This document shows, in pieces, positions 1 to 9,093 of a DNA stretch of 64,000 nt. Position 1 is the first letter of the stretch. Every line of letters begins with the position of its first letter. Both the position numbers and the translations under genes were made by a program. The DNA comes from Alphaproteobacteria bacterium (GTDB lineage Bacteria > Pseudomonadota > Alphaproteobacteria > Micavibrionales > UBA2020), in NCBI GenBank assembly GCA_046314385.1, contig JBKBWZ010000006.1:6173-70172 (forward strand). Reading direction: 5' to 3'. The notes under the pieces were generated by a model. It ran no database searches. It was not told where the DNA came from and saw only the letters and a list, made by a program, of their open reading frames with translations.

Positions 1-156
1 CGATGCGCCGCTGATCCCCGTGCCGGCTGTCGATTTCACCAGCGGCTTTTGCTGCTTGGTGGCAAAGATGCCTCTGGTTTTTTGATAGAAATACCAAAGT
101 TTGCCGGGGGATTTGCCTTCGTAGCTGACGCTCATGGTGTTGCCTTTCACGATCAT
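1..156 (-). CDS. hypothetical protein, partial (runs off the left edge)
   Basis: Minus-strand frame is open from ATG at 156 to position 1 (alternative ATG at 135 with GAAAGG 9 nt upstream). Translation begins MIVKGNTMSVSYEGKSPGKLWYFYQKT. Third codon positions are GC-rich like neighbouring genes. Too short for the ORF track. Confidence 0.3.
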   Translation of the reverse strand, partial: MIVKGNTMSVSYEGKSPGKLWYFYQKTRGIFATKQQKPLVKSTAGTGISGAS

Positions 157-298
157 TTTGCAAGATGCGCGCGCAAAGGGGCTGCGCGAAGCGAATCCTG
201 TATAGCGGGTTTTAAATCACGGCCCAGTATATTGCCATAAAACAGATTGTCAAATGTTTTTACTGTAATTTTATATATTTACATCAAAGGTTTATATG

Positions 299-937
299 TT
301 ATTTCGGGCCGCGCGGACGCAGGGTGATGACCTTGAGCGGTGCGATGTCACGCTGCAGGATGCAATTCTCGGTCACGGCGCGCGCCTGCGCTTCGGCCTG
401 TGCGGCGGCGGCCTCTTGGCGGCGGCGCGAAAGCGCGGCTGTGACAAAGCCGACATCTTCCGCGCTGAGATGCTGGCGGGCGAGCGTTTCTGCCGTTTCG
501 CCTTTTTGATTTGCGATATCGATCGCCGCGCCGGCGGTGATCAGACGGCAGGCCGCCCAGCCGTGTTTGGCGCGGATGGCTTTCATCAATGCGGTATCGC
601 CGGTTGTGGTTTCCTGCGCATCCATTTGCGCGCCTTTGATGACCAGACGTTCGACCGCGCCGCTCATCAGGTTTTCACAGGCAATCATCAGTGGCGTGGT
701 TTTTGACTTGCCCGCCGCATAATCGTAATCGGCGCCATGGTGCAGCAGCAAAGCGGCAGCATCTTCATGCTCGTTTTCCAGCGCATAGAGAAGCGCGTTC
801 ATACCGCTGTCATCTGTATCGTTGATATCCTGTTTGCGCGTTTTCACAAAATCGTGAATCGCGGAGAGGTCGCCATCGGCCGCGGCGGTCAGCAGAACGG
901 CGGCACCTGCCGCACGCCTGAAAGCCGCCCGCGCCAT
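299..937 (-). CDS. ankyrin-repeat protein (212 aa), candidate secreted effector
   Basis: Ankyrin repeats readable in the translation: DDSGMNALLYALENEHEDAAALLLHHGADYD, KTTPLMIACE..LVIKGAQMD, GDTALMKAIRAKHGWAACRLITAGAAID. Start overlaps the stop of the upstream ANK gene (TGATG at 935-939). C-terminal tail is ITLRPRGPK. Confidence 0.85.
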   Translation of the reverse strand: MARAAFRRAAGAAVLLTAAADGDLSAIHDFVKTRKQDINDTDDSGMNALLYALENEHEDAAALLLHHGADYDYAAGKSKTTPLMIACENLMSGAVERLVIKGAQMDAQETTTGDTALMKAIRAKHGWAACRLITAGAAIDIANQKGETAETLARQHLSAEDVGFVTAALSRRRQEAAAAQAEAQARAVTENCILQRDIAPLKVITLRPRGPK

Positions 938-1407
938 CAGGGCAGCCTCTTTCGAATGGTGGGAGAGGGTAAAACCGATACGGCTTTTTGCAGCACGCTG
1001 CCGCGTTCTGCCAGCGCGTCGCGCAGGACGGACAGGAAATCATCCGCTTTCTGTTCGCGCAGAATAGCGGCGACCGTATCGCCGTTTGCGCGCGGCAGAT
1101 CTTCGCGCGCGCCCGCCGCCAGCAGCACGGCAAAGACGGATTTCTGACGGCTTTCGGCGGCGATCATCAGCGGCGTTTCGCCCTTTTGCGACGGGGCGTC
1201 AACGGGTGCGCCATGGGCAATCAAAAACCCCGCACAATCGGCATGGCCATAAAGCGCCGCCCAATGCAGCGGCGTCCAGCCTTCGTCATCGCACGCGCGC
1301 ACTCGGGCGGGCAGATCCGGAAACGACATCATCGACGCCAGATCGCCCTGCGCGATCAGGTTCGAAAATTTTTCATCGATTGTAATTTCCGCATCATCCG
1401 AAGACAT
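937..1407 (-). CDS. ankyrin-repeat protein (156 aa), candidate secreted effector
   Basis: Canonical ANK repeats: DDEGWTPLHWAALYGHADCAGFLIAHGAPVD and KGETPLMIAAESRQKSVFAVLLAAGARED. Lies 5 nt downstream of the OsmC gene on the same strand. Confidence 0.85.
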   Translation of the reverse strand: MSSDDAEITIDEKFSNLIAQGDLASMMSFPDLPARVRACDDEGWTPLHWAALYGHADCAGFLIAHGAPVDAPSQKGETPLMIAAESRQKSVFAVLLAAGAREDLPRANGDTVAAILREQKADDFLSVLRDALAERGSVLQKAVSVLPSPTIRKRLP

Positions 1408-1412
1408 AGCCG

Positions 1413-1832
1413 TCAGCTTTCAAGCCGCGACATCATGCGCGGGTTATTGCCCAGTGTTTTGTGCACGGGGCATTTATTGGCGATTTCAAGCAGGCGCGCG
1501 CGCTGTTCGGCATCCAGATTACCTTCCAGCGTGATGTCGCGGGTGATGATATCGATGACAGCATTGCCCATGTCATCTTCGCGGTGGTGCGTCATGCGCA
1601 CGGAAACCTTTTCGAGCGGCCAGCCTTTGCGCTCCGCATACATGCGAATGGTAATGCTGGTACAGCTGCCCAGCGCGGCCAGCAGCAGTTCGCAAGGCGC
1701 AGGCCCCTTGTCCTGACCGCCTTTTTCAACGGGCGCGTCAGACAGGAAGACATGCGTTTTGCCCTGCACGCTTTGCACATAGTTGCCATCGCCGCTATCG
1801 GCCACGGTGATTTCGGTTAGACCCTCTGCCAT
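1413..1832 (-). CDS. OsmC/Ohr-family peroxiredoxin-like protein
   Basis: OsmC-type motifs GPAPCELLLAALGSCTSITIRMYAERKG and ANKCPVHKTL. Length of 139 aa is typical. Confidence 0.8.
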   Translation of the reverse strand: MAEGLTEITVADSGDGNYVQSVQGKTHVFLSDAPVEKGGQDKGPAPCELLLAALGSCTSITIRMYAERKGWPLEKVSVRMTHHREDDMGNAVIDIITRDITLEGNLDAEQRARLLEIANKCPVHKTLGNNPRMMSRLES

Positions 1833-1874
1833 GATGAAACCCCTTTCATAGGCGTGAAAAAATAAACCAGTACA

Positions 1875-2687
1875 TCAGCCGCCGTTTTTCGGCGCGGCAT
1901 TTTTGCGCGGCGCGGCGGACGGCGGATTGTTATCTTGCAGCGGCGTCGCCTCTTTGGGCGCATCGGGTTTTTTGTCTTCGAGCGCATCGTGAAGCTTGTC
2001 TTCGGCCGCATGCAGGCCTTCTTTTGCCTTCAGCGCCGCCCAGCGGCCAAAAGTTTTGAGAACGGAAGGTTTTTTATCCGCTGCTGCATCGGCTTTATCC
2101 GCTGCCGGTGCGCTATCGGCCGCGGCCTTGGCGTCTTTTTGTGCGGCAGCATCGGCCGCGGCCTTGGCTTCGGCGGCTTTTTTGGCCGCGGCCGCAGCTT
2201 GTCTTTCTTCGCGGGCACGTTTGGCCAGCACGGCTTTTTCCTGCCAGGCGCGTTTCAGCTCGTTTGTCTTCATCTCGAGGTATTTGTTTTTGACGATTTC
2301 CTGCACATCGTTCATGTAGTCGTTCTTGATCTTTTCAAGCTGCTTTTTGGCAAAGAAACCCGCCGCGCCCGATACCAGCACAGCGGCCGCGCCCACAGCG
2401 CCCGCCACAATCAGGCTGGGTGCCATCACGGCGGCGACAACGCCCGCACCTAGCGCCGCCAAACCGCCGAGCGCCAGTGCGCCCGCACGTTTCAGCGAGA
2501 CGCGAATGCCTTTGTGCGTTTTCACCATGTCTTTGAGCGTGCCCATGATCCATTTATTCGTCGGCAAGAGGGGCGAATGCGGATCCAGATCCGGCAGCAT
2601 CTTGCGCGCCATCCATGTATCGGGATTAAGCGGCTTTTCGGTTGCCGTGTTTTGCGGCTTCGCGGTGTCAGGCGCAGAGGTGGTCAT
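1875..2687 (-). CDS. membrane protein with a Gly/Ala-rich bilobed hydrophobic core and an Ala/Lys-rich coiled-coil tail
   Basis: Hydrophobic core AGALALGGLAALGAGVVAAVMAPSLIVAGAVGAAAVLVSGAAGFFA, followed by AKRAREERQAAAAAKKAAEAKAAADAAAQKDAKAAAD. Start set at the ATG with GAGAGGA 6 nt upstream. The ORF is open to 2720, so the start is uncertain. Confidence 0.65.
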   Translation of the reverse strand: MTTSAPDTAKPQNTATEKPLNPDTWMARKMLPDLDPHSPLLPTNKWIMGTLKDMVKTHKGIRVSLKRAGALALGGLAALGAGVVAAVMAPSLIVAGAVGAAAVLVSGAAGFFAKKQLEKIKNDYMNDVQEIVKNKYLEMKTNELKRAWQEKAVLAKRAREERQAAAAAKKAAEAKAAADAAAQKDAKAAADSAPAADKADAAADKKPSVLKTFGRWAALKAKEGLHAAEDKLHDALEDKKPDAPKEATPLQDNNPPSAAPRKNAAPKNGG

Positions 2688-2747
2688 GGGTGTCCTCTCG
2701 TCGGGCGGCGGAATCATCATAAATGTTTGAGTAAAATCAGCGGGCTC

Positions 2748-2775
2748 AGACTAGCATTTTTTCATAGAGCGGCAA
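2748..2775 (-). promoter_or_regulatory. sigma70-like promoter candidate (TTGCCG-16 nt-TAGTCT)
   Basis: On the minus strand, TTGCCG is at 2775-2770 and TAGTCT at 2753-2748, upstream of the 1875-2687 gene. Pattern match only. Confidence 0.3.
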
Positions 2776-2873
2776 AGGTTTTTGCCGGTGACCGAAACAA
2801 TAATAGGACACAGGTTTTTGCCCCGCGTAGCCCGCAGGACGTTTAAGGATTCTAGGCGAAGGAAAACAAGCGC

Positions 2874-3875
2874 TTAGGCTTTTGGCCCTGCGATATTTTT
2901 GCGCGGTGCAGCAGGTTCGGCGGCGGTTGCCGGCGTTGTTGGGGCCGTGCCTGCGGCGGGGTCTTTTTGTGCCGCCTTGCCAAAGGCATCATTCGCAGGG
3001 GCAGCCACAGGCGTGGCGGCCTCCGGCTCGGGCAAAGGTTCTGCTGCATTCTGCGCCTGCGCCGCAGCGGCCGCCGCAGCCGCGGCCTTGGCACGTTTCT
3101 TTTCGCGCATATGTCTGATACCGACGATGCCGAAATAAAGCCCGCTGACACCCGAAACCAGATAGCTGGTCGCCAGCACCGCGCCGCCGACGACAAGCCC
3201 GCCCACCGCCACGACCGGCAAAACCAGAATTTGCGTGGCCAGTGTCGCCGCACCAAGCGCCAGCGATAAAACCGCACCGCCGACCGCAAGCCCGCCCAGC
3301 AGGTTGTCTTGCTGACCCACGGCCAGTTTACGGCTCATCTTCCATACACGGCTGCCGAGAACGGCTTTGACGGGCTTTGTTTCCAGCAGTTTTTTGATGC
3401 TAGGTTTTTCACACTGGCGCTGCAGCCAGTTTGGCCCCTGCACATCCGGCTTGGGCGGCAGCGGCTTTCCTGTGACGTTGGAATATATTTTGCGCAATCG
3501 GTACCACGACCGCATACTGCCCGCGGTAATGCCATAGATACCAAGCCCCACAGCGGCGCCGCACACCGCAATGCCCGCCGCCGCCAGCATAAACGGCGCG
3601 GCCACGACATAGGATACCGCCAGTGCCGCTGACACCACAATCGCGCTTGCACCGCCTTTTACAGCCAGCGCATGCACCCAGAATTCGTGTTCGTGCAAAA
3701 GCTCGCGCGTGAAATTTTTGCCAAAGCGGGCGCGGCTTGCGATGCCGCTGCGTGTGCGCTGCCACCAGCTGGCGGATGCAGGGGTAGACGGTACCGTCGT
3801 CGCCACCGCCGCATCGGGCGCGGGGGCACTTTGGGCGACGGCTATGTCGTCTGGTTTGTCTTGCATGTCGGACAT
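2874..3875 (-). CDS. membrane protein with two Gly/Ala-rich hydrophobic blocks and an Ala-rich tail
   Basis: Two long hydrophobic blocks: GGASAIVVSAALAVSYVVAAPFMLAAAGIAVCGAAVGLGIYGITAG and GGLAVGGAVLSLALGAATLATQILVLPVVAVGGLVVGGAVLATSYLVSGVSGLYFGIVG. Then KKRAKAAAAAAAAAQAQ. The tail AAPRKNIAGPKA closely matches the tail of the downstream gene (AAPRKNAAPKNGG). Confidence 0.65.
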   Translation of the reverse strand: MSDMQDKPDDIAVAQSAPAPDAAVATTVPSTPASASWWQRTRSGIASRARFGKNFTRELLHEHEFWVHALAVKGGASAIVVSAALAVSYVVAAPFMLAAAGIAVCGAAVGLGIYGITAGSMRSWYRLRKIYSNVTGKPLPPKPDVQGPNWLQRQCEKPSIKKLLETKPVKAVLGSRVWKMSRKLAVGQQDNLLGGLAVGGAVLSLALGAATLATQILVLPVVAVGGLVVGGAVLATSYLVSGVSGLYFGIVGIRHMREKKRAKAAAAAAAAAQAQNAAEPLPEPEAATPVAAPANDAFGKAAQKDPAAGTAPTTPATAAEPAAPRKNIAGPKA

Positions 3876-4262
3876 TGACTGTAAAAGCTCAAAAAAATGC
3901 CGTCAGCCCCGTTTAAAACCGGCGGGACAGGCAGCGCATAAATATATCGGGCAGCGCATGATTCAACATATTACCGCCGAAAGCAAGAATCGATTTACCC
4001 CAGCGGCGGTAAAATCCCTGCAATATTCCTAAAATGCGCGCAAAAAATGCGGGGCGGCGTTGTCTGGTAATACCTTGAAAGATAATAACAAAACGCGCCT
4101 GACGCTGAAATTTGTCAAAACCGCGGTGCATTCACCAATCATTAACTTTATTTGCATAAAGTCAATGTATACACGAAAACGCTGATGCCCTGAAAACCTA
4201 CAAGAAACGGCATCAAACCCAAACAAAAGGCGCGATCGTATAAACACCGGGAGGATACAACA

Positions 4263-4661
4263 ATGAGCGACATCAAAGGTTATCTCTACGTCGGCAAGGG
4301 CCATGATGACACCGCCAACAACGGCTTGGGCGCGGACGTTGCGCGCTTTGTTATCGTGCACAAAGGCCGCGAGGCAGAGGCCGAGAGCCTTGCCAATGCT
4401 TTCCGCAACGTAAATGCCAAAGACCAGCTGCGTGTGCGCACCGGTGTTATCCAGTGGCGCGCCGATCAGGTCGACGAACAAATTGAAAAACTTAAATCAC
4501 GGCCCGATCTCGCCGATACGCTCGGCCAGTTGACCCGCGCCAAGGCAGATCTCGACGGCGTCAGTGCTGCCGCCAGCAGCGAATTTGGCAGAAAAGCCGC
4601 CAAGTCCGTCAAGCCGCCCGCGCCGGTACGCCAGCCGCGACCGGCCGGACTGCACGCCTAG
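4263..4661 (+). CDS. hypothetical protein (132 aa)
   Basis: GGGAGGA Shine-Dalgarno 7 nt before the ATG. Coding-like GC3. Pro/Arg-rich tail KPPAPVRQPRPAGLHA. An intrinsic terminator lies downstream. Confidence 0.6.
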   Translation: MSDIKGYLYVGKGHDDTANNGLGADVARFVIVHKGREAEAESLANAFRNVNAKDQLRVRTGVIQWRADQVDEQIEKLKSRPDLADTLGQLTRAKADLDGVSAAASSEFGRKAAKSVKPPAPVRQPRPAGLHA

Positions 4662-4755
4662 GATATTTTTATATCGGTACTTTCTATGATGGGGACTCGT
4701 CCGCCGGGACGTAAATATCGGGTTTCGTGTCCTCCCGGACATGATGGGGAAAACT

Positions 4756-4787
4756 AAAGAGCCGTCCGAAAGGGCGGCTCTTTTTTT
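4756..4787. terminator. rho-independent terminator between convergent genes
   Basis: Stem AAAGAGCCGTCC / GGGCGGCTCTTT with a GAAA loop, followed by a T7 run on the plus strand. Confidence 0.7.
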
Positions 4788-4817
4788 ATCTTCTTTTGAA
4801 TATTCGTATGAACGGTT

Positions 4818-5876
4818 TTATCGGGCGGCTTTGGCTGTGCGGATTTGGCCGAGCAAATGAAACGCGCCGAGCAGCACCCCGCCGCCCAGCAGCGCCAGCA
4901 ACAGCGGCCAGAGCGCATCAAGCCAGAGGCCGCCATCAATCATCGCAGATTCTGCCGGTGCATCGGGCAGGTAAATCACATTTACGATATCACCCACGCG
5001 CCCGCGCGGGGAACTGGTGGCCACTTTGGCGGCGAAAACATGATGATCGCCGCGCGCATCAGTGAAGCCGATTTTGGCGCGGTACATCGTCTTGTGATCG
5101 CTGCCTTGTCTGGCATCAAAACGTTCAATAACGCCCTGCGCCTGTTGGCCATAGAGCGTCAGATCGCGCAGCTGCGTGCCCATATGCCACGCGAATCCCA
5201 GCGCCCCCAGGCCGAATAAAAAAGCCAGCGGCGTGCCCACGCGCAGACTTTTTTCGGTGTCCGCCTGCATGCGCCGCCCGGCGGGCGTTTGCAAATAGGC
5301 CTCGATGGTGGTGAGCTCGGCGGCCAGAAACCGCCCGCTGCGGCGTTTGCGGATTTGCGCGCGAAAGCCCTGTTTGTCCGGCCGCCCGTCTTTGGGCAGC
5401 AGCGTTTTTTTCAGCCGCTGTGCCGCCACCAGCAAAAATATCGCCGCAGAAACCCATGTCGCCGGTGTAAACGGAAAAGAAAAAATGCCATGCGCCAATA
5501 AAACCAGCCCCGGCACAAGAAACACCAGACCGATAAAAATCGCAGCGCGCAAATCACTGCGGATACCCTGCGGATCGCTTTCGAAAACATAGAGCATGAC
5601 TTCGCGCCCCGTTTCCTTGCCTTTGATAAATCCTGATCCGGTATCCGATACTTCTTCAAAGGTATCGCCGTTCGGCATCATGTATTTATAAACCGGGTAA
5701 AACATTTTGCCGTCGCGGCGCACACCGGTGATGACGGCTGGTACACGCCGCGCATATAAATACGTATGCAGCGTGTGCAGCAAAATTGCCCCGCCGATCA
5801 GCGCACAAAGCCCCCCGCCCAGCAAAAAACCCGCCTGCTGGAATGCCATCATGATATCAAACGTCATATCGAACAT
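4818..5876 (-). CDS. membrane protein with two DUF3592-like modules
   Basis: Two repeats of a TM helix plus a beta-rich segment (VITGVRRDGKMFYPVYKYMMPNGDTFEE and GVIERFDARQGSDHKTMYRAKIGFTDARGDHHVF), flanked by TM helices. AGGAGA lies 10 nt upstream of the ATG. Confidence 0.65.
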   Translation of the reverse strand: MFDMTFDIMMAFQQAGFLLGGGLCALIGGAILLHTLHTYLYARRVPAVITGVRRDGKMFYPVYKYMMPNGDTFEEVSDTGSGFIKGKETGREVMLYVFESDPQGIRSDLRAAIFIGLVFLVPGLVLLAHGIFSFPFTPATWVSAAIFLLVAAQRLKKTLLPKDGRPDKQGFRAQIRKRRSGRFLAAELTTIEAYLQTPAGRRMQADTEKSLRVGTPLAFLFGLGALGFAWHMGTQLRDLTLYGQQAQGVIERFDARQGSDHKTMYRAKIGFTDARGDHHVFAAKVATSSPRGRVGDIVNVIYLPDAPAESAMIDGGLWLDALWPLLLALLGGGVLLGAFHLLGQIRTAKAAR

Positions 5877-5990
5877 CGGGTGTTGTCTCCTGCGGGTGTG
5901 CGCTGCCCTTTTTGCGCGGCATCTTTCAACAGACGGCGCGCGGTGCTATGATGACACAAAATACACCACCGCGCGAAAAAAGGACAAGCC

Positions 5991-6389
5991 ATGACCGAAG
6001 CCGCCCCCCAAAAAACCGCCACCCCAAAAACATATGACCCCAACAATATCTTTGCCCGCATCCTGCGCGCGGAAATTCCGTGCAACAAGGTTTTTGAAGA
6101 CGATCACGTTCTTGCTTTCCGCGATATTCAGCCGCAGGCGCCGGTGCATGTGCTGGTCATCCCCAAAGGCGCCTATGTCGATATGGACGATTTCACCGCA
6201 CGCGCCAGCACCGACGAAATCGCCGCCCTGTTCCGTGCGCTGGGGCAGATTGCACGCAGCGAAGGCTTGGCCGAAGCGGGCTATCGCGTCCTGTCCAACT
6301 GCGGGCTGAACGGCGGGCAGGAAGTGCCGCATTTGCATCTGCATTTGGTCGGCGGCCGCGCCCTTGGCCGCATGCTGGCCGCGAATTAA
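5991..6389 (+). CDS. HIT-family (HinT-like) nucleotide hydrolase
   Basis: Histidine-triad motif HLHLHLVGG. N-terminal IFARILRAEIPCNKVFEDDHVLAFRDIQPQAPVHVLVIPK. Confidence 0.9.
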   Translation: MTEAAPQKTATPKTYDPNNIFARILRAEIPCNKVFEDDHVLAFRDIQPQAPVHVLVIPKGAYVDMDDFTARASTDEIAALFRALGQIARSEGLAEAGYRVLSNCGLNGGQEVPHLHLHLVGGRALGRMLAAN

Positions 6390-6489
6390 AACGCAAAGAC
6401 TGCGGCACCCAAGTTAAACCCCTGTTTTTATATTCATTTTAAAATGCGGCGGCGCAAGATAACAAAGTATCACTGCGCCGTATGCAACC

Positions 6490-6517
6490 TTGTCAAAAAT
6501 TGCCGGTCTGGTAGACT
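6490..6517 (+). promoter_or_regulatory. sigma70-like promoter candidate (TTGTCA-16 nt-TAGACT)
   Basis: TTGTCA at 6490-6495 and TAGACT at 6512-6517, about 80 nt upstream of the 6596 start. Confidence 0.3.
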
Positions 6518-6595
6518 GCGACGGAATCAAAGCCTTGGTTTCAGACAACAACACGCAGCAGCGCAAAACAGCGGCGCCGCGTCAGGCAAGGATGC

Positions 6596-8077
6596 ATGGC
6601 AGACAAACGCCGATTGCAGGATCAATTCAAACGCGCCGCGCGAAAAACGCTGCTGGTATCGGCGATGGGTATTGCCGCGCTGGCCGGATGCAGCGGCACG
6701 CCTGTGCGTCAGGACACGCCGGGTGACGCCGACCTGCACAGACCCGTCGCTGCGGTCACCCCGTCCAAAAATGCCGAAGGCCGCAAACTGAGTGCCGAAA
6801 CCGAAGCGATTTTCCGCCGCAATATGCCCACCCCCGTGAACGACCGTCTGCCCGAGCAACAAAGGATCAACGCCTATCTGGATCAGCTCTGCTTCACGAC
6901 CGCAAGCGCGCCCAAAGAAGAACAGCGCGCCATGCGCCGCGCGCTGGAAGATCTGGCGAAATTGCCGCTGACCGGCCGGCCGCTGGTCGAAATGGCCGCG
7001 CGCGAAAATATCCAGTTCTGCAATATCCAGCATCTGCCTGCAGGCATGGGCGCACAATACGTGCCGCCGGTCGGTGCTGTACTGGTGCCCGGCAACATGC
7101 CGCCGGAGCCGATGATTTTGCGCATCGCACATGAAATTTTACATGCGGCGCAGGATAAAAACGGCTTACTGTCTTATCAGTACGATTGGGACATTCACAG
7201 CCGGCTGGCACGCAACCTGTCGATCGAAGCCGCCGCGCTGAGTTTCGAGCTGATGGTCGCTTTTGAAATGAAACAGCAGGGCGATGCCAAACTGTGGGAT
7301 CATATGCGCACCCGATATGCGCAGCAAAGCTCTTATGGCGATGCGCGGCTTTATACACTGACCGAAGAAACATGGGCGCAATCAAAAGCCGAAGGCAAAA
7401 CCGATGACGCCGCGCTGCGCGATGTCGGCAAGGCTTTGTGGACGCGTATGTTCGATAACCCCGGCTGGCTGGATTTTTATCTGAATTTCGAACTGGCGAC
7501 CTATATACGTGACGTCACCAGCGGCGCACTGGATGGCCAGCGCACCCTGCGCAGCGGCGGCTATAGCCAGAGCAAGACCGACAGCGCCGGAAAAATCGGC
7601 AGCGGCGAAAGTTTTACCCGCGGGGCGCGTGTGCCGCCGCTTGAAAAACTGCTGGCCGGCAACGACAAGATGCGTCAGGCCTATGCCGCGGTTGATCTGG
7701 AACGGCACCGCCGGTCACTGGGCGCGGATCATCCGCAAACGCAGGCCTTACGCCGCGCGGCAGTCGCTGACAATAACCCTTATTTGGCTGTTGATTTCGA
7801 AGCGGCGCTGAAGCTGATGCAGCAAAACGCTTTTCCGGATGCGGAGGGGAAAAAGAAATTCGCCTATCTGCATGAATATATGGATGCCGCGCTGAAACCC
7901 GCACGCGCCGCGGTTGCGGAGATCGTGCCCGGCGCCAAAGAAAAACCCGCCGAAGAGCAAAAACCCGAAGCCCTGCCGGAGCCCGAAGGCGATGCCGATA
8001 CCCCCCGCCCCGTGCCGCCGCGCGACACGCTGGCACAGACAAAACCCGCCGCGCAAAGATTGCCGCGCGCCGGATAA
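6596..8077 (+). CDS. lipoprotein with HExxH motif, putative zinc metalloprotease (paralog family 1 of 3)
   Basis: Lipobox LAGC at aa 28-31. HEILH at nt 7130-7144 in the context RIAHEILHAAQD. Downstream SIEAAALS. Upstream TGRPLVEMAARENIQFCN block is shared with the 19732 and 49336 proteins. Confidence 0.7.
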   Translation: MADKRRLQDQFKRAARKTLLVSAMGIAALAGCSGTPVRQDTPGDADLHRPVAAVTPSKNAEGRKLSAETEAIFRRNMPTPVNDRLPEQQRINAYLDQLCFTTASAPKEEQRAMRRALEDLAKLPLTGRPLVEMAARENIQFCNIQHLPAGMGAQYVPPVGAVLVPGNMPPEPMILRIAHEILHAAQDKNGLLSYQYDWDIHSRLARNLSIEAAALSFELMVAFEMKQQGDAKLWDHMRTRYAQQSSYGDARLYTLTEETWAQSKAEGKTDDAALRDVGKALWTRMFDNPGWLDFYLNFELATYIRDVTSGALDGQRTLRSGGYSQSKTDSAGKIGSGESFTRGARVPPLEKLLAGNDKMRQAYAAVDLERHRRSLGADHPQTQALRRAAVADNNPYLAVDFEAALKLMQQNAFPDAEGKKKFAYLHEYMDAALKPARAAVAEIVPGAKEKPAEEQKPEALPEPEGDADTPRPVPPRDTLAQTKPAAQRLPRAG

Positions 8078-8108
8078 TCAAAAAGAAATCAAAAGACGTT
8101 AGACGCGA

Positions 8109-8900
8109 TCAGGGGTGAAAGCCGCCGAATTTGCGCGCGGGCGCATCGCGTTTGATGTCCGGCGGTGCACCAAAACGCGCGACCACATCGGCAGCGGCAT
8201 CGGTGATGCTGCGCTCTGCGCTGGCACCTGCGGGCAGGGACTGCCCCGCCATTTCGCGCCCATGCCAGTTGAGCGCGGGGATGTGGATCGCTTCCATGCC
8301 GTTTTTACGCGCAGGGATAATATCCGATTTCAGGCTGTCGCCGATCATGACGGCGTCTTCGCCCTTCAGTCCGGCCTTGGCCAGCGCCGCTGCATAAACC
8401 TGCGGGTTTTTATCTTCGACAACAAAAACATCGCGGAACATGTGTTTGAACGGCAGCGCGGCGACACGGTTTTTCTGCACATCCAGATCACCGACGGTGA
8501 TGAGATAAAGATCAAGCCCCGCATCGGCCATGGCGCGCAGGGCGTCCTGTGCGCCCGGTTTGATTTTTGCTTCGGTGCGATAGACGTTATAGGCCATGTC
8601 GCGCGCATGCGCGATTTCACCGGCATCGGCATCGGGCAGGTATTCTTTGAGGACATCTTCATAGGCCTGCGGCAACAGTTCCTTGCCGTAGCCGTAGTTG
8701 TCAAAAATTTCGATCTGGCGGGCGCGCAGGCGTTCAATGACGTCTTCGGATTTTTCGTGCACGCCGGAGCCGAGTATAAAGTCCGCGAAACGGTTTTCGG
8801 CGTCGATGTAGATTTGCTGGGTTTCGATCAGCGTATTGTCCATGTCGAGAAAAACGGCTTTGACCACGCGCGGTGACTCCTGCTTTACGGGTTGGGGCAT
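8109..8900 (-). CDS. HAD-superfamily hydrolase
   Basis: HAD motif I FLDMDNTLIE and motif IV-like MIGDSLKSDI. The ORF-track start at 8945 is a TTG, so the first ATG at 8900 was chosen. Start is uncertain. Confidence 0.75.
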   Translation of the reverse strand: MPQPVKQESPRVVKAVFLDMDNTLIETQQIYIDAENRFADFILGSGVHEKSEDVIERLRARQIEIFDNYGYGKELLPQAYEDVLKEYLPDADAGEIAHARDMAYNVYRTEAKIKPGAQDALRAMADAGLDLYLITVGDLDVQKNRVAALPFKHMFRDVFVVEDKNPQVYAAALAKAGLKGEDAVMIGDSLKSDIIPARKNGMEAIHIPALNWHGREMAGQSLPAGASAERSITDAAADVVARFGAPPDIKRDAPARKFGGFHP

Positions 8901-9009
8901 CGATGTTGTATGCGCCGAGTCTATCGTTTTTTTCGCCGCAGGCAAGAGGCACTGACACTGTATAGATCGAGCGATTACAGATACTTAATTTTGCTGCATT
9001 GCCATATTG

Positions 9010-9038
9010 TTGCCATAAACGCGCAAAAGGTCTAGTCT
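9010..9038 (+). promoter_or_regulatory. sigma70-like promoter candidate (TTGCCA-17 nt-TAGTCT)
   Basis: TTGCCA at 9010-9015 and TAGTCT at 9033-9038, 55 nt upstream of the ankyrin gene start. Confidence 0.35.
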
Positions 9039-9093
9039 GGCAGGCAGAAAAGATTGGCACAGATCCGCCAAAACCCCAAAGCCGGATAAGACG

